Shown: in pieces, positions 27,118 through 38,679 of the stretch | Layout: each line of letters begins with the position of its first letter | Position numbering within the stretch: position 1 is the first letter of the stretch | From: Vermamoeba vermiformis | Lineage: Eukaryota | NCBI GenBank assembly: GCA_045837725.1 | Contig: JBEWZL010000022.1 | Location: 62,001-126,000, forward strand | Direction of reading: 5' to 3' | Length of the DNA stretch: 64,000 nt | Notes under the pieces: model-generated | Seen by the model: only the letters and a program-made list of their open reading frames with translations | What the model was told of the DNA's origin: nothing | The model's database searches: none | Translations under genes and position numbers: made by a program

Positions 27118-28004
27118 TTACAAGAAGTAACTGAAAACAGCTACAGCAGCACCAACAATCGAGAATGAAGGCAACGAGGCTGATGATGCCTTAGCGGGTG
27201 TTGTCATGGCAGCAGGAACACTAATTGGGGCAGCAATGGGTTCGGCGATTGGTTCCGTGGTCAACGGGGTTGGTGTTGCTCCAGGAGCGGCGGGAGCCTG
27301 GGGACAATAGAATGCGAGGAAAATCTCAGAAGTTGTGTCTGCTCCACACGTGGCGTCCTGCATATTGATTGCTTGTGCGCTACATCCGTAACCGTCCGCG
27401 AAGAAGAGATCGGAAGCGCTGTTAACGCATGAAGTAGCCTTAAATGAATAGGTAGCGTTGTCTGCGTCGTTTGCGGAAAGCGGCCCGTAGTTCATGCAAA
27501 CACCAGGCTTGACTATGATTTAATTTTTGAGTTAGATTTGTAACCGCTAAAAAGGAAACCAAAAAAATCAATTAACGATAAAACTTACCTGCGTAGGTGA
27601 CTGAATTAGTTTCATCCTGCTTGCTACAATCACTACCGCCCACAGCTGCGAAAGGTGCAAGTAGGGCGTAAGCCCAATCCGGTGATAATTCCAAAACGAA
27701 TTCATCAAGGCCTTTTTGAATATCATAGTATTGTCCGTCAGATGAAGAAGTGCATCCGATCGAGCGATAGTTGCTCTGTTTGAAAATCAGTATGAGTATT
27801 TGCTGTATGTCAGATTCAACCGACAACGGTTTTTAAAAAGACATTATGTATTGGCTAACGTACCGCTGGATACAGTGATGGAGCGTTAATAAATCCTATG
27901 CGACTCGCATCTGAGCAGTCGCTGCTGTTGTAAACGGAAAGACGAGTTGCGGATCTTGCGTAGCCGATCAAGCAGAGAACAGCGATAACAATGGCGATCT
28001 TCAT
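27118..28004 (-). CDS. Small Cys-rich GPI-anchored surface protein, array copy 3
   Basis: MKIAIVIAVLCLIGYARS; same exon structure; exon 3 is close to copy 2; tail ASSASLPSFSIVGAAVAVFSYFL*. Confidence 0.82.
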
Positions 28005-28715
28005 ACTAAGCCGAGGTGTTGTGGTTTAGCGTAAATAATAGAAAACTAAAATACGCAAAACTTTAAACTTGTGTTTTCTTTGCCGATAAATTAAAAGTCC
28101 GCCAAAAAATCAAAACACTAAATCCGTGTGCTCCTATCAACCTTGAGTGATTATAATCTATCCTGTTTGGTAGAGAAAGCTAACTCTTTGATAATTAACG
28201 TTGGGACAAACTGGATCCTCAACTTCCAAATTTGGTTATTTTGGTTTTTGCGTGCGTTTTAATGTTGGCAGTGTTTTGTAGTTCGAAACTAGCTTCGCTT
28301 GAACCTATACTATGCCAAATAATTATTTAATTATTATTTAACGAGCGTGAATTAAGTCACCAAAAATAGATTTATCGATTTGATTGACACTTGCTTTGGG
28401 AACGTATTTATGATTTTTTCTTGAACTGCCAATAAATGAACTACGATGCCGTAGAATAACCGTCAAAATAGTAACGGTAGTTCGTGTTTATTAATTAGAG
28501 TTTTAAAGCGTAAAAAAATAAACAATACAAAGTGTTTTATTGCGAGATTTCGGGCGACATATCGCTTAGCACGAACTCTTTTCGCGCATTGTGTTACAGA
28601 TGCTAATTGCGTTCCAGTTAAGCTAGTTCCGTCTTGGATGTACTTTGAGAGTTGCTCGTATTGCGGAAATTCAAGCTGAATATGTTTTTGAAGCTAATAC
28701 TAATATTCATTCCCA

Positions 28716-29673
28716 TTACTGCACAATGCATCGGTCTTTGTCTTTTTTCTCGCTGATCTCTCTCCGCTGAAGAACTATTTTGGCTACTTCTTGCATCATC
28801 TCCTTTACACCCCGATTTTGGATCGAAGAGCTTCAAAGTATATTAACGGTAGTATTTTATACCGTTGAAGCAGTCAATATTACCATTCAAAGTATTTGAC
28901 GGCCCCAATCTGCTTCGCTAATTCTTCTCCTTCCTCGTGCCTGATTACCTGGCCAGTTCTCAAAGCTTCAGGGTCAGGATGATCATCTCTTAAGTCGGTT
29001 TTGCATCCTACAAGTACAAAAGGGACTTTTGGGCAATGTTGGCGGATCTAGAGACGTCGATCAGGGTTGCACGAGAAAACTCGCTACTAACGAGACTTAC
29101 TTCGGGAATCCACTGTACGATCGTATTAATAACTAATATAATATATGAATTAGTATTATACCGTTGTTTTGACTTCATTAAAGCTTGCTCGATCTACCAC
29201 AGAAAAACACACGAGGAAGATCTCGGTATTGGGATAGGCCGTCGGTCGCATTATTGCTATAATATTTAAGTAGTAATACAAAATTTACGAAATAACGTAC
29301 CATATTCATCTAAACCACCAACAGTCCATAAATCAAAATCAACAGCAAGATCATCATTTGACGCCTAAATCAAATAATTATTTTTAGATATTTTATATTT
29401 TATTCGTTTAATTACCTCAAATATATAGTTGCATGGCCACTGCGAATATAACGCAAACAAAGTCTTTGAAAAAATATTATTAATTAATAAAATTGGTTGC
29501 TACCCCTTGCTTACGCCAGGAACCTCTTCCGTTGGGCAACTTCCATAGTGTAGTGTCCATATTATATGTCTCTGTAATTAAACGGTGAGTGTCAACTGCA
29601 ATAAAAAAATCAGATCGCGTAGCGCACCTTTCCTGTGGTTTTATTGCCAACAAATACGCATTAATTTTCTCAT
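28716..29673 (-). CDS. Atypical Rho/Rac-family small GTPase with CaaX (CIVQ); start codon out of frame as assembled (pseudogene or sequencing error)
   Basis: Spliced exons read CVFVGNKTTGK / RHIIWTLHYGSCPTEEVPG / TLFALYS... / FDLWTVGGLDEY / AIMRPTAYPNTEIFLVCFSVVDRASFNEVKTT / WIPE / IRQHCPKVPFVLVGCKTDLR...LAKQIGAVKYFEC / SSIQNRGVKEMM...DRCIVQ*. Confidence 0.82.
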
Positions 29674-29817
29674 TTATTTTAATTTTTGCTTTTTTATCAT
29701 TATCGTCTATTGTGCTCCATTTCTTTGTTTTTTAGGTTGAGAATCGCATTCCAGTGTTGGTTGTTGATTTATTTTAATAACAAGTCCTACCAAAGGCACG
29801 TCGAAAAGACTTGCCGT

Positions 29818-30680
29818 TTACAACAACACAGACAACGCCACAAAGAATACAGCAACGCAAGCGCCAATGCGACGTGCTTCAGATACTTTGATAGGTGTTG
29901 ACGTCGGCCTTGTGGTACTGGGCTGACTGACTGGTGAAGCGATGGGGGAAGTTGCATTGGCGTCTACAGGCGTATCTATAGGCGTAGATACAGGTTCTGT
30001 CGTTGGTGCAGGAACGGTCGGAGGAGCGACTGGCACAACGGCAATAGGTGCCACTGGGGGTGCTAGGCATTGAGGGTCCGTGGAAACTGAGTTATTGCAA
30101 GTAGGAGTGGCAGTAAAGGAGCTAGAAACACTAGTCGGAAAGCAGTCCACGGTATTGAAGAAAGTGAGGGTAATAGATCCGTCCGAGTCGCAAGATTCAG
30201 TTACTGCAGCAGATTTCGACGCGTTGCTGTCGTAATTCACGCAAACCGCTGTCCCCGAAGCCTTAACTGTTAAGAAAATGTTAGACGTAATCGAAAAACG
30301 TTTTTGGATTTAAAAACCTTACCGGCGAACAACATTTCCGGAAATTCGCACGTAGTATAGAATGACGTTGCAACATAGTGCGTGCTTACGTCAACAGAAA
30401 AATCGACGGAATTAAAAGGGCAACTTACAGTTATGTATTGGGTTAGGCCGACTTGTTGGCAAGTTGCTTCAGTGCATGGGCGACCAATGTCGTACGTCTA
30501 GAAAATTGTTAATTATTTTGGACGTGGTGTGATGATTCTTACTCTGAACTGTGCGATCTTGTTCGTACAACCCGAATCTGAGTAGATCTCGGCTGTGTAA
30601 GGATAGATGGTACCGCACAAAACGGTCTGAAAGGCCCACAATACAATAACTAAACGTAAACTTGGAATAGAGTTGCGCAT
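29818..30680 (-). CDS. Cys-rich GPI-anchored surface protein, distantly related to the flanking array
   Basis: Signal MRNSIPSLRLVIVLWAFQTVLC; YSDSGCT resembles YNSSGCS of the array; Pro/Thr stalk; hydrophobic tail IGACVAVFFVALSVLL*. Confidence 0.72.
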
Positions 30681-31041
30681 AATTGAAAAAATTGTCAAAT
30701 GAATAAAAATTAAATCAGTGAACTTGTCCCAAGCAAAAACCGTAAAAAATGAATTTCGAACATTTAATGCGGCCGGTTCTGAAACACTGAACCTACACGG
30801 TAAAAGCACATAAAATGACGCGATTTGATCCTGTTATTTCTCTCCTCGTGCTAGACAAATGTTAAATCCGAAAAAAAATTTCACTAAAATTAAATTAACG
30901 CACCGTAAGCGCTATTAACTTAAAAATGTTTTTATTTCGCGCTTGAAGAGCTTAACACAAGACTGTAAATATTTTTGAACTAGTAATACATGAACTACGA
31001 TGCTAATTGCGTTCCATTTTAGTACCGCAGATCCACAACTC

Positions 31042-31899
31042 TTACATGAACAAACCACAAACAGCTACAGCAGCACCGACCAACGACAACGAAGTCAATG
31101 AAGCTGATGATGCCTTAGTGGGTGTTGTTACGGCAGCAGGAACATTGGTAGTCGGAGCCGCGGTCAACGGGGTTGTTGTAGCTCCGGGAGCGGCGGGAGG
31201 CTGAGGACAATAGAATGCGAGGTAAATACTATTCACTGTGTCTGCTCCGCACGTGGCATCCGGCATATTGATTGCGTCTACGCTACATCCGTAACTAGAT
31301 GCGAAGAAGAGATCGGAAGAGCCGTTTACGCATGAAGTAGCCTTAAATGAATAGGTAGCGTTGTCGTCGTCGGTCACGGAAAACGGTCCGAAGTTCATGC
31401 AAACACCAGGCTTGACTATGATTGAATTTTTGAGTCAGATTTGTAACCGCTAAAAAAGGAATCCAAAAAAATCGATTAACGATTAAACTTACCTGCGTAG
31501 GTTAGTGCATTAGTTTCATCCAGCTTGCTACAGTCATTACCCACAACGGCGAACGACGCAAGTAGAGCGTAAGCCCAATCTAGTGAGAATTCCAAAACGA
31601 ACGCGTCAAGGCCTTTTTGAATATCATAGAATTGTCCGTCAGATGAAGGTGTGCATCCTGTCAAGCGATAGTTACTCTGTTTGAAAAGCAGTATTATTCA
31701 ACCGACATCCGGACAATAATAATATTTAATTTTTATGAAAAAGACATTAATTGTGGCAAACTTACCTGTAGATACCGGGCTGGAGCGTTGATAAATCCAA
31801 CGCGACTTGAATCTATTATTTGCTCTAAACCACAACGCACCCGGCATAGTATAACTACATAATATGAAGATCGCCATTGTTATTGCTATTCTCTGCTTG
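31042..31899 (-). pseudogene. GPI-protein array copy 4 with exon 1 disrupted by a micro-inversion
   Basis: Exons 2-3 are intact on the minus strand. The ATG and signal codons (MKIAIVIAILCL) lie on the plus strand at 31864-31899, and part of exon 1 is missing. Confidence 0.82.
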
Positions 31900-31984
31900 C
31901 CAATAAAAGTCGCCAACAAATCAAAACTTGAAAAAAACCAATCTCTATTATACGTGAGCATTTATCAACCTTGAGCGATTATAA

Positions 31985-32191
31985 TCATTTTCTGTTCGAG
32001 ATAGATTGTTGTTTTGTTGGATCAACTCCAAATTTAGTAATTTTGGTTTTTGCGTGCGTTTTTAGGCTGATGGACTCAATGTCGAGTGAAGCAGTCAAAG
32101 TGGCACTGATCTTCTTCAAGGCATCGTTGAGTGATTTCAATCCGTTTCCTGCTTCGCATTCAGCGATGGCTTTGCGCATAACGAGAGACAT
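31985..32191 (-). pseudogene. Short or truncated paralog of the 62548-63018 hypothetical protein
   Basis: MSLVMRKAIAECE...LKKISATLTASLDIESI aligns with MSLQIRKAQKEME...MKDIVPTVEVIVDSESI, but the ORF ends at 68 aa versus 156 aa. Confidence 0.5.
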
Positions 32192-32674
32192 TTGCGTGTG
32201 ATTGGTGCAAAAGAAATGAGTGGTGAGTGGTGTTGTTGATTGTTCGATTGAACTGAATGAATCAAAAAGTGTCGTGCCTCTATTTTTGATCGACTACTGT
32301 TCTTTCATTAATAAAAAAATCGAAGGTTGTTTGTAATAATCTCGAGATTCCGTAGCATTACATTTACAAGGATAGAAATGACGTTTTAATAATAAAATTA
32401 GTTCGTACAATTTTAATGTCAAATTTATTACCATTACAAAAACAACAGCCAAATATTCGTTTAAAGTTGGCGGTGCAGGAAGGGCCGAAAATCTTGTCTG
32501 GTCTCGAGTCCCTCCGCTCTCCCGAAAAAACGAGAAGTCTGATCAATTGATATAGAACGAACAACGCAACTGCTATAGACATTTTCTTTTCGCACACGAA
32601 ACGGTAGAGGATTAGTTTTGCCGAAGATCTAACACAGTAGCTAAATCCCTATTTAGCTATTTGATTTATTGGCA

Positions 32675-33998
32675 TCAAAAATTACTCTCTTGTTCGATCG
32701 TACCGTTTTCGATCATTTCTCTGCGAATCGATGCGTGTTTGTAGTAGCGAGTGAAGATCGCGAAAGTTGGATCTGCCCAACAAACATAAGCAAATGCAGC
32801 AGTTCTACGAAGTGTTGATAATAAAAGCTGTCTGAAATGTTCCATGTAACGGTCATCTTCATGAATGACAACGGGGAAATTCGGATCTCGCAGGACTTTT
32901 TCTTTGAATTCAGCTTGACCAATGAAAGCTATCACAATGTAGGGGAAATGATACGGCTGATAAAAATCTTGCCAAATACTACCCAACCCTTTCTTACGAT
33001 TGGCCGCTAACTTCATTTGTGAAAAATTTGATGACACGTGTCAAAGATATTTTGAGCGTTTACGTACGACAAGGACTACCACATCTTCATTTTCATGGGC
33101 TCGGTAATAATGATAATTTTGCAGATAAATATCTAACGGAATTGCTCGTAGCCTCCAGATGCTTTTGCAAAAAATGACGTCAACTTTGTATCTGATATGA
33201 TTATATAATTCACTTACTCACGGCAGCGCTTCTTCTGGCAGACATAATCTACTTCTTGCGTAAATGTCCAGTGTCCATCGAACAGCAGCTTTTTGCATTC
33301 TGCAGTTGTCAACGACGAACAATTTTCAACGCCTTTATCGACACAAAACATCCTCCATATAGGTGCCACATTTAGTACTATAGTGTGTCATATTAGTGCT
33401 ATTCGTTAACGTCCAACAAACGTACTTTGATTTAGAAGTTTGTTCACCAAGATTAAATTGAGACAATCTCTCGGGTGCAGGTACGAAGCGAATGAATATA
33501 GCATTTCTGATGGTAATGCGCGTGATATATCAACACCATCGCCATAACGATCACAGTAGGCTGGATCTATTGAAGTTGTTAGTAGGAGGCTTAAGTCCCT
33601 TGTGATTTACATGATGGCTCGGGCGCGTACGGCTCATAAAATCCATTAACATTCTCAATTGTATTTAGTATTGTCTTATCGTATTCGCTCAAGCTTCGCG
33701 AGATCGAGTGGCTGATCGATCTGAAAGCTGACGAAAGATGTGATCCAGGAATCGCTGTCATAAACATTAATACACTTTAAACAAAAGTAATCCATGCAAA
33801 TTCTTACCAATAAAAGATAACAAGGGCGTATAGATCTTCGGCGGCTTTTCTGTAATTTTCGTGGTCATAATTTTATTACGTTAATTAAATTATTCTCAGC
33901 ACTACTCATCCGCATATTTATTTCTCTCGTATGCGCGTACCTTTCTTTATCAATTTAATGTTCTTTTCTGGTTTCTCTTTTCTGTACTCTTTTTCCAT
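32675..33998 (-). CDS. F-box protein, 5 exons
   Basis: In-frame splicing from ATG 33998 (MEKEYRKEK). F-box ISRALPSEMLYSFASYLHPRDCLNLILVNKLLNQILNVAPIWRMFC; the last exon ends at 32675. Confidence 0.7.
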
Positions 33999-34147
33999 CT
34001 TCCTTGCGAGCTGACTTTTTCACCACTTAGACGTAGTATTATGCAACTGGTTTTGCACGAGGTATTCAATAAGAAAAGCACCAAAAAAAAACGTTTTTGG
34101 CGAAAGAAAGCAAAGTCGAATCACAAATCCTCCTGGCTGTCAACCAA

Positions 34148-34489
34148 TTATTACCCGTTTAATTCAAAAAACGAGGAAAAAAATTGATCAATTTTATTGA
34201 AACAACTTTATTGCCGGAATATGAAAGGACAATATTAAATTAATTATTTGAGCAAAAAAAGCGGCGGATCTGGGAGGTTTTTGAAAAAAGTTGCTCGATT
34301 CGACCCAAATCCGCTGAATTTTGTGAAAATACCGCCGAATTCGGGTTCCCCGACCCAATTTTACCCGTAGCGATGGGGTTGATCAATAAACAAGCGCTAT
34401 GGTGGGTCAAAATTCTCATTATATAATAATGTTCATAAAATAAAGTTATCTGACATTTTTTGTCGTTTTTTGAATTAAACGGGTAATAA
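34148..34489. mobile_element. MITE-like non-autonomous DNA transposon (~340 bp)
   Basis: Perfect 27-bp inverted repeat TTATTACCCGTTTAATTCAAAAAACGA at 34148-34174 and 34463-34489, a non-coding interior, and ends compatible with a TA target-site duplication. Confidence 0.68.
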
Positions 34490-34605
34490 GAGGATACCTA
34501 AAATTTAAACTAACCCAATAACTTCTTTATACAACGATTATTACAATCATCGTTAATGCTTAAAATAACAATAAACCGAGCGCAGCAACGACTCCACAAG
34601 CGATA

Positions 34606-36262
34606 CTAACCGATAGCAGAGATTTTTTCACCTGCACTAACGTTGCTCGGCGAAGAAGAGGACGGAGAGTCGTTATTATTGCCATTTGAAGGTGCGTTAT
34701 GGTCAATATAGAGCGGAGTATTAGGCGCTAAGCCTGTGTCAATTGCAAGACTTCGTTCCACGCTTGGTACTTTGGCGCAGTCCGATCCGTTCTCAACAGC
34801 ATTAATCCGCGACTCTAACAATAATATTATTATTATAGCAACAAATTTGCTATTTATTCTGATTTTTGTATTTACAAACTTACACGGGGTTTGGATTTGG
34901 TATTTACATTTGGATGCGTTGCTTGAGCAGCACAATTATATTCCTAATTTGGAAATTTAGGACGTTAAACTACCTTCTTGGGCGATAGCATTTGTTTTTG
35001 AGGTGTTGAAGTTGCGCCAAACGAGTTTGGAGGACTATTAGTCTCGCGCGAAAAATCAATATTGCTTCTAAACGCATTGCGCAGCATTTTTGGATTGCCA
35101 GCGACGTCTGTTGCAAATTGCGTGAAAAAACTCAAAAAATCCGTGTTGCTACTGCACGCTGCGAGAATTTGTTGTAAGTTGAGCAGATCCTTCTTGTCAA
35201 CATCAATGTTGTCAAACAAAGTGTCTACATCCGCTGGCAATTCTTTCAACCACTCGTCTTGGGACTTAGGATCGATTCCCAAAGAATTCCCTAATTTGGA
35301 ATATTAGCAAGATATAATAATAATTTGAAAGTTGCGGATGCACGCGATCCGAAAAATCATTTGAACGTCTCGCGATATTGATAGTTAATTAGTGCAATAA
35401 TATACTTACAAACTACTTGACTCTGCCACACAATAAAATTTAAAAGTTCTTGGCGACCAAGCAAATTATTATCTAAAAAAGGAAAATTAGTAAAGATCCA
35501 GCACGCGTACCATAATGAACATTAATAAGGACAATAAAGTCGTCATATTACTACTTGCCATCAACATCCAATAATTTGAAAAAAGTTTCGACCTTCTCGT
35601 TGACTGAGCCGCCAAATTGGATGCACCAAAACAACATCCACTCTAGAATATCAACAGTGCCGTCATGGCTTCTATCCATCACTATTTTATGCACATATTA
35701 GTATAAAGTCGCGATTACAGAGCGATAAATTTCGGTTGGTTATGATTTCTGCAAGAAAATTCAAACGAAAGCGGATTCATTTTTAGAAATCTTAAAAAAT
35801 CTTTGCAAAAGTAATGAATCGTCGTGCATTTACATAGTAAATTAATTATTATATTTTAATAGGCAATAATAGCCTGATATAATGTCGGTAGATCTGTCAT
35901 TTATATTTTTAAATTTCGGAAATTGATTAATTTTAATTACCTTTAGCTAATTGAAGTGCGTAAGTGCCCAATGTTTCTTTAAATAATAATTCTATGAATC
36001 GCAAGGGCACTCGAAATTTATCCGCTTGGTTGGCGTGCATCTTTTCAAAAAGCAATCTGTTGCAGTAAGTATCAATTAAAATACTGTAGGGATACGTGCG
36101 CAATAATATTTTGGTAATTAATAATATAAAACTGATATTAAATTACATTACGCACCTAAACTGATCGAAGATTTGTGGCGAGACTTTATATTTATTTCGC
36201 ATCTGTAATAAAGCCTCCTCGACTTGATATTTCATCAAGCCTCCACCAGGTTGGTTACCCAT
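34606..36262 (-). CDS. N-myristoylated EF-hand Ca2+ sensor (calcineurin B / NCS-like) with Ser/Pro-rich tail
   Basis: Starts MGNQPGG. EF loops MDRSHDGTVDILE, FFKLLDVDDNNLLGRQE and FDNIDVDKKDLLNLQQ, plus the GSVNEKVELFF linker typical of the family. Confidence 0.8.
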
Positions 36263-36499
36263 AGCTATATAATAAATATATATACAAAATTCGGCTCTTG
36301 TGTTTGCCGAACAGGCGCAAGAAAGATCTGAATCAAAAACACGAAAAAAAATATTTTTGTGAGCGCGGGATCACACCTCCGCTTATTAATTGATACGAAA
36401 TGGTATCTTTCACTCAATGCGTTTATTATTTAGTTTATACAAGCTATTATATCAATTTTGATGGTGATCCAGATTCGGATGCGCCACCAATGTTCGTAA

Positions 36500-38516
36500 T
36501 TATACGTGATTTCCTTTCCACGTGGGTGCGTACAATGTTATAAATACGATAATAGCGTACGCCTTCATTATCATGCGTACCACACCCCGATCCCACTCTA
36601 CGAGGTACTTCCAGTCCCACCGCCTTGACGAGGCCATGTACGTGAAACAATTCAACGCAATGATGTTAACGCACATCGCCGCGTAACAGACCGAGTTGTC
36701 GAACCATCTGAACAGAATAGCGCCAGTTCTGATGCTGTCCACTGTGAGTTTCCAATCGTTCAAAGTGAGCACTAACGCGATGGCAATAAGTGCTGGTGCC
36801 GCGCGTCTCCAAGTGAGTTTAGCATTCCAATGGAAAGTATACTCGAACATCAACACTGTGTAGATAAATACGAAGGCTACCATGCCAACCACCGCGTAGT
36901 ACGTCAAAAAGTAGGGGTAGACCAAGAGCGACAGGGCCACAAAGCCAGTCCAAAATATCGCCGCAGCTTTTTTGTATATAGGCTCCATAGTTCGTGAGTG
37001 ATTGAATTCAATGACCATCAAGACATTCACAAACATGTTCAACAGAAAAGCTATGGGGCCGAACCAGATCTTGGCTGTCGCTAAGTACTCTGAATGCAAC
37101 ACATCATGCACGATCAGTGGCACGAACATGAACGCAAGCACTTGCAAGATATCCGAGTTGAGTGGCACGAACCCTAAAATAGTTCACATTAGTACGAACT
37201 GACGCGTGAAAAATATTTTAACACATCTTTTGCTGACGTTGTTCAAACTGAAGAATGATGCTTCAATATAACATTATATAATTGTCCGTCGTAGCATTAT
37301 TTTTTGAAATTTTGAAGATAAAGTTTTGCTGATAAAGGTAGATCCGGATCCACTTTTTAAATTTACTAATAAAACTTTAAGGCATCACCAAAGCCGTCAG
37401 GCCCGAATAGTTTTTAAGATTAAAATACAAAACGATATTATATTGATACAATTGATAATGACGACCGATAGTGCAAGTACTTACAGAAATATTTTTTAGG
37501 ATGTCTATCGCGCACGCTGTACACCTTCTGCTGTAGCAAACCGCGCTTAGTTTGATCAAAATAATCTGCCAAATCAAACATGCAGTCCAGAGAGGCGTAA
37601 TAATCCATCGACTTCCAATCTAAATTTGGCACCGTTTGTTCTGCAAATCGAATTTCGTACGTCTGCCCCACATCGATGCTGATTCTATCGGGAGCTACAT
37701 TAAGATTGCCTTTACTGCCAAATGTCTTAATAATAAACCTAAATAAGGAAATTTTAGTTTAGTTTCGAAAAATTATTTGAAAAAAAAAGTCTTACTTGTC
37801 CATATCAACGGTCTTATTATCGCCAAGAGCCTTATCAGTATTAAAAGCTTGTAGTACAATATTTAACCAAGTAGGGTTAATTTCCAGTAATTGTTTGCCG
37901 TGCTTAATCGCTAAGGCTCGATCTCGTAACAACCATTGCTTAGGATAGTTTGGCTACAAACATTAAGTTAATTTAGAACATTGTGAGTATAGAATACTAA
38001 TATTATCTTACCTCGTCTAGCCATATAGGCTCGTAACTTAAATTTTTTGTGCCAGCGTAAGGCAGTTTAGTAAATTTCATCCTGAATCGACGTCAGCATG
38101 CAATAATACTAAAAAAAACAATACTCACTGTAGATCATAAGCATCTAATACTGAATTTTCTACGGTTGGTTTAGTTGCGTGATGCCGCCAGTATTTGCTG
38201 ACCAAGCGACAGTCGAGTAAAGCAGCCGGATCCAAAAAAGTCATCATGTGCTCCATAATTTCCTAAAATAATAATTTAAAATTATATTATTAATAAGGTT
38301 AATTGTTCTTACAAAGTCATGACGTTCGAGATTATTTTACAAATGTAAAATTTAAATTCAATATTCGTTGAGACTTACAGCTGGCAAAGTTTGATCAATC
38401 ACTGCTTCGCTAGGATAAACGTAATAATTTTTAGTGACCTTATCGATCACCTTTTTCAGAAAGTGAACGAGTAACGCTCCCAAGATCAAATTGAATCCGA
38501 CAAAAGTCCACAACAT
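36500..38516 (-). CDS. Membrane F-box protein (N-terminal TM + F-box + ~7TM domain), array copy A
   Basis: MLWTFVGFNLILGALLVHFLKK; F-box LPAEIMEHMMTFLDPAALLDCRLVSKYW; in-frame splice into a hydrophobic domain ending APTWKGNHV*. Confidence 0.78.
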
Positions 38517-38679
38517 CGTTAACTCATCTAAATTTACTGTAATTTGTCTTGATAGTGTCACTCTTTCGCGCTGTATATTAAATACGATGATAAAAAAAAC
38601 GCAGGTCTTGAACGGCTAAATTTAATAATTTTAGGTTTATTTGAACCGTTAATAACCAATACAGTCAAGCATATTTAAT

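Noticed and set aside
28618-28836. 72-aa ORF MKLFDPKSG...
   Set aside because: Wrong frame. The region is the last exon of the Rho-like gene, which ends CIVQ* at 28716.
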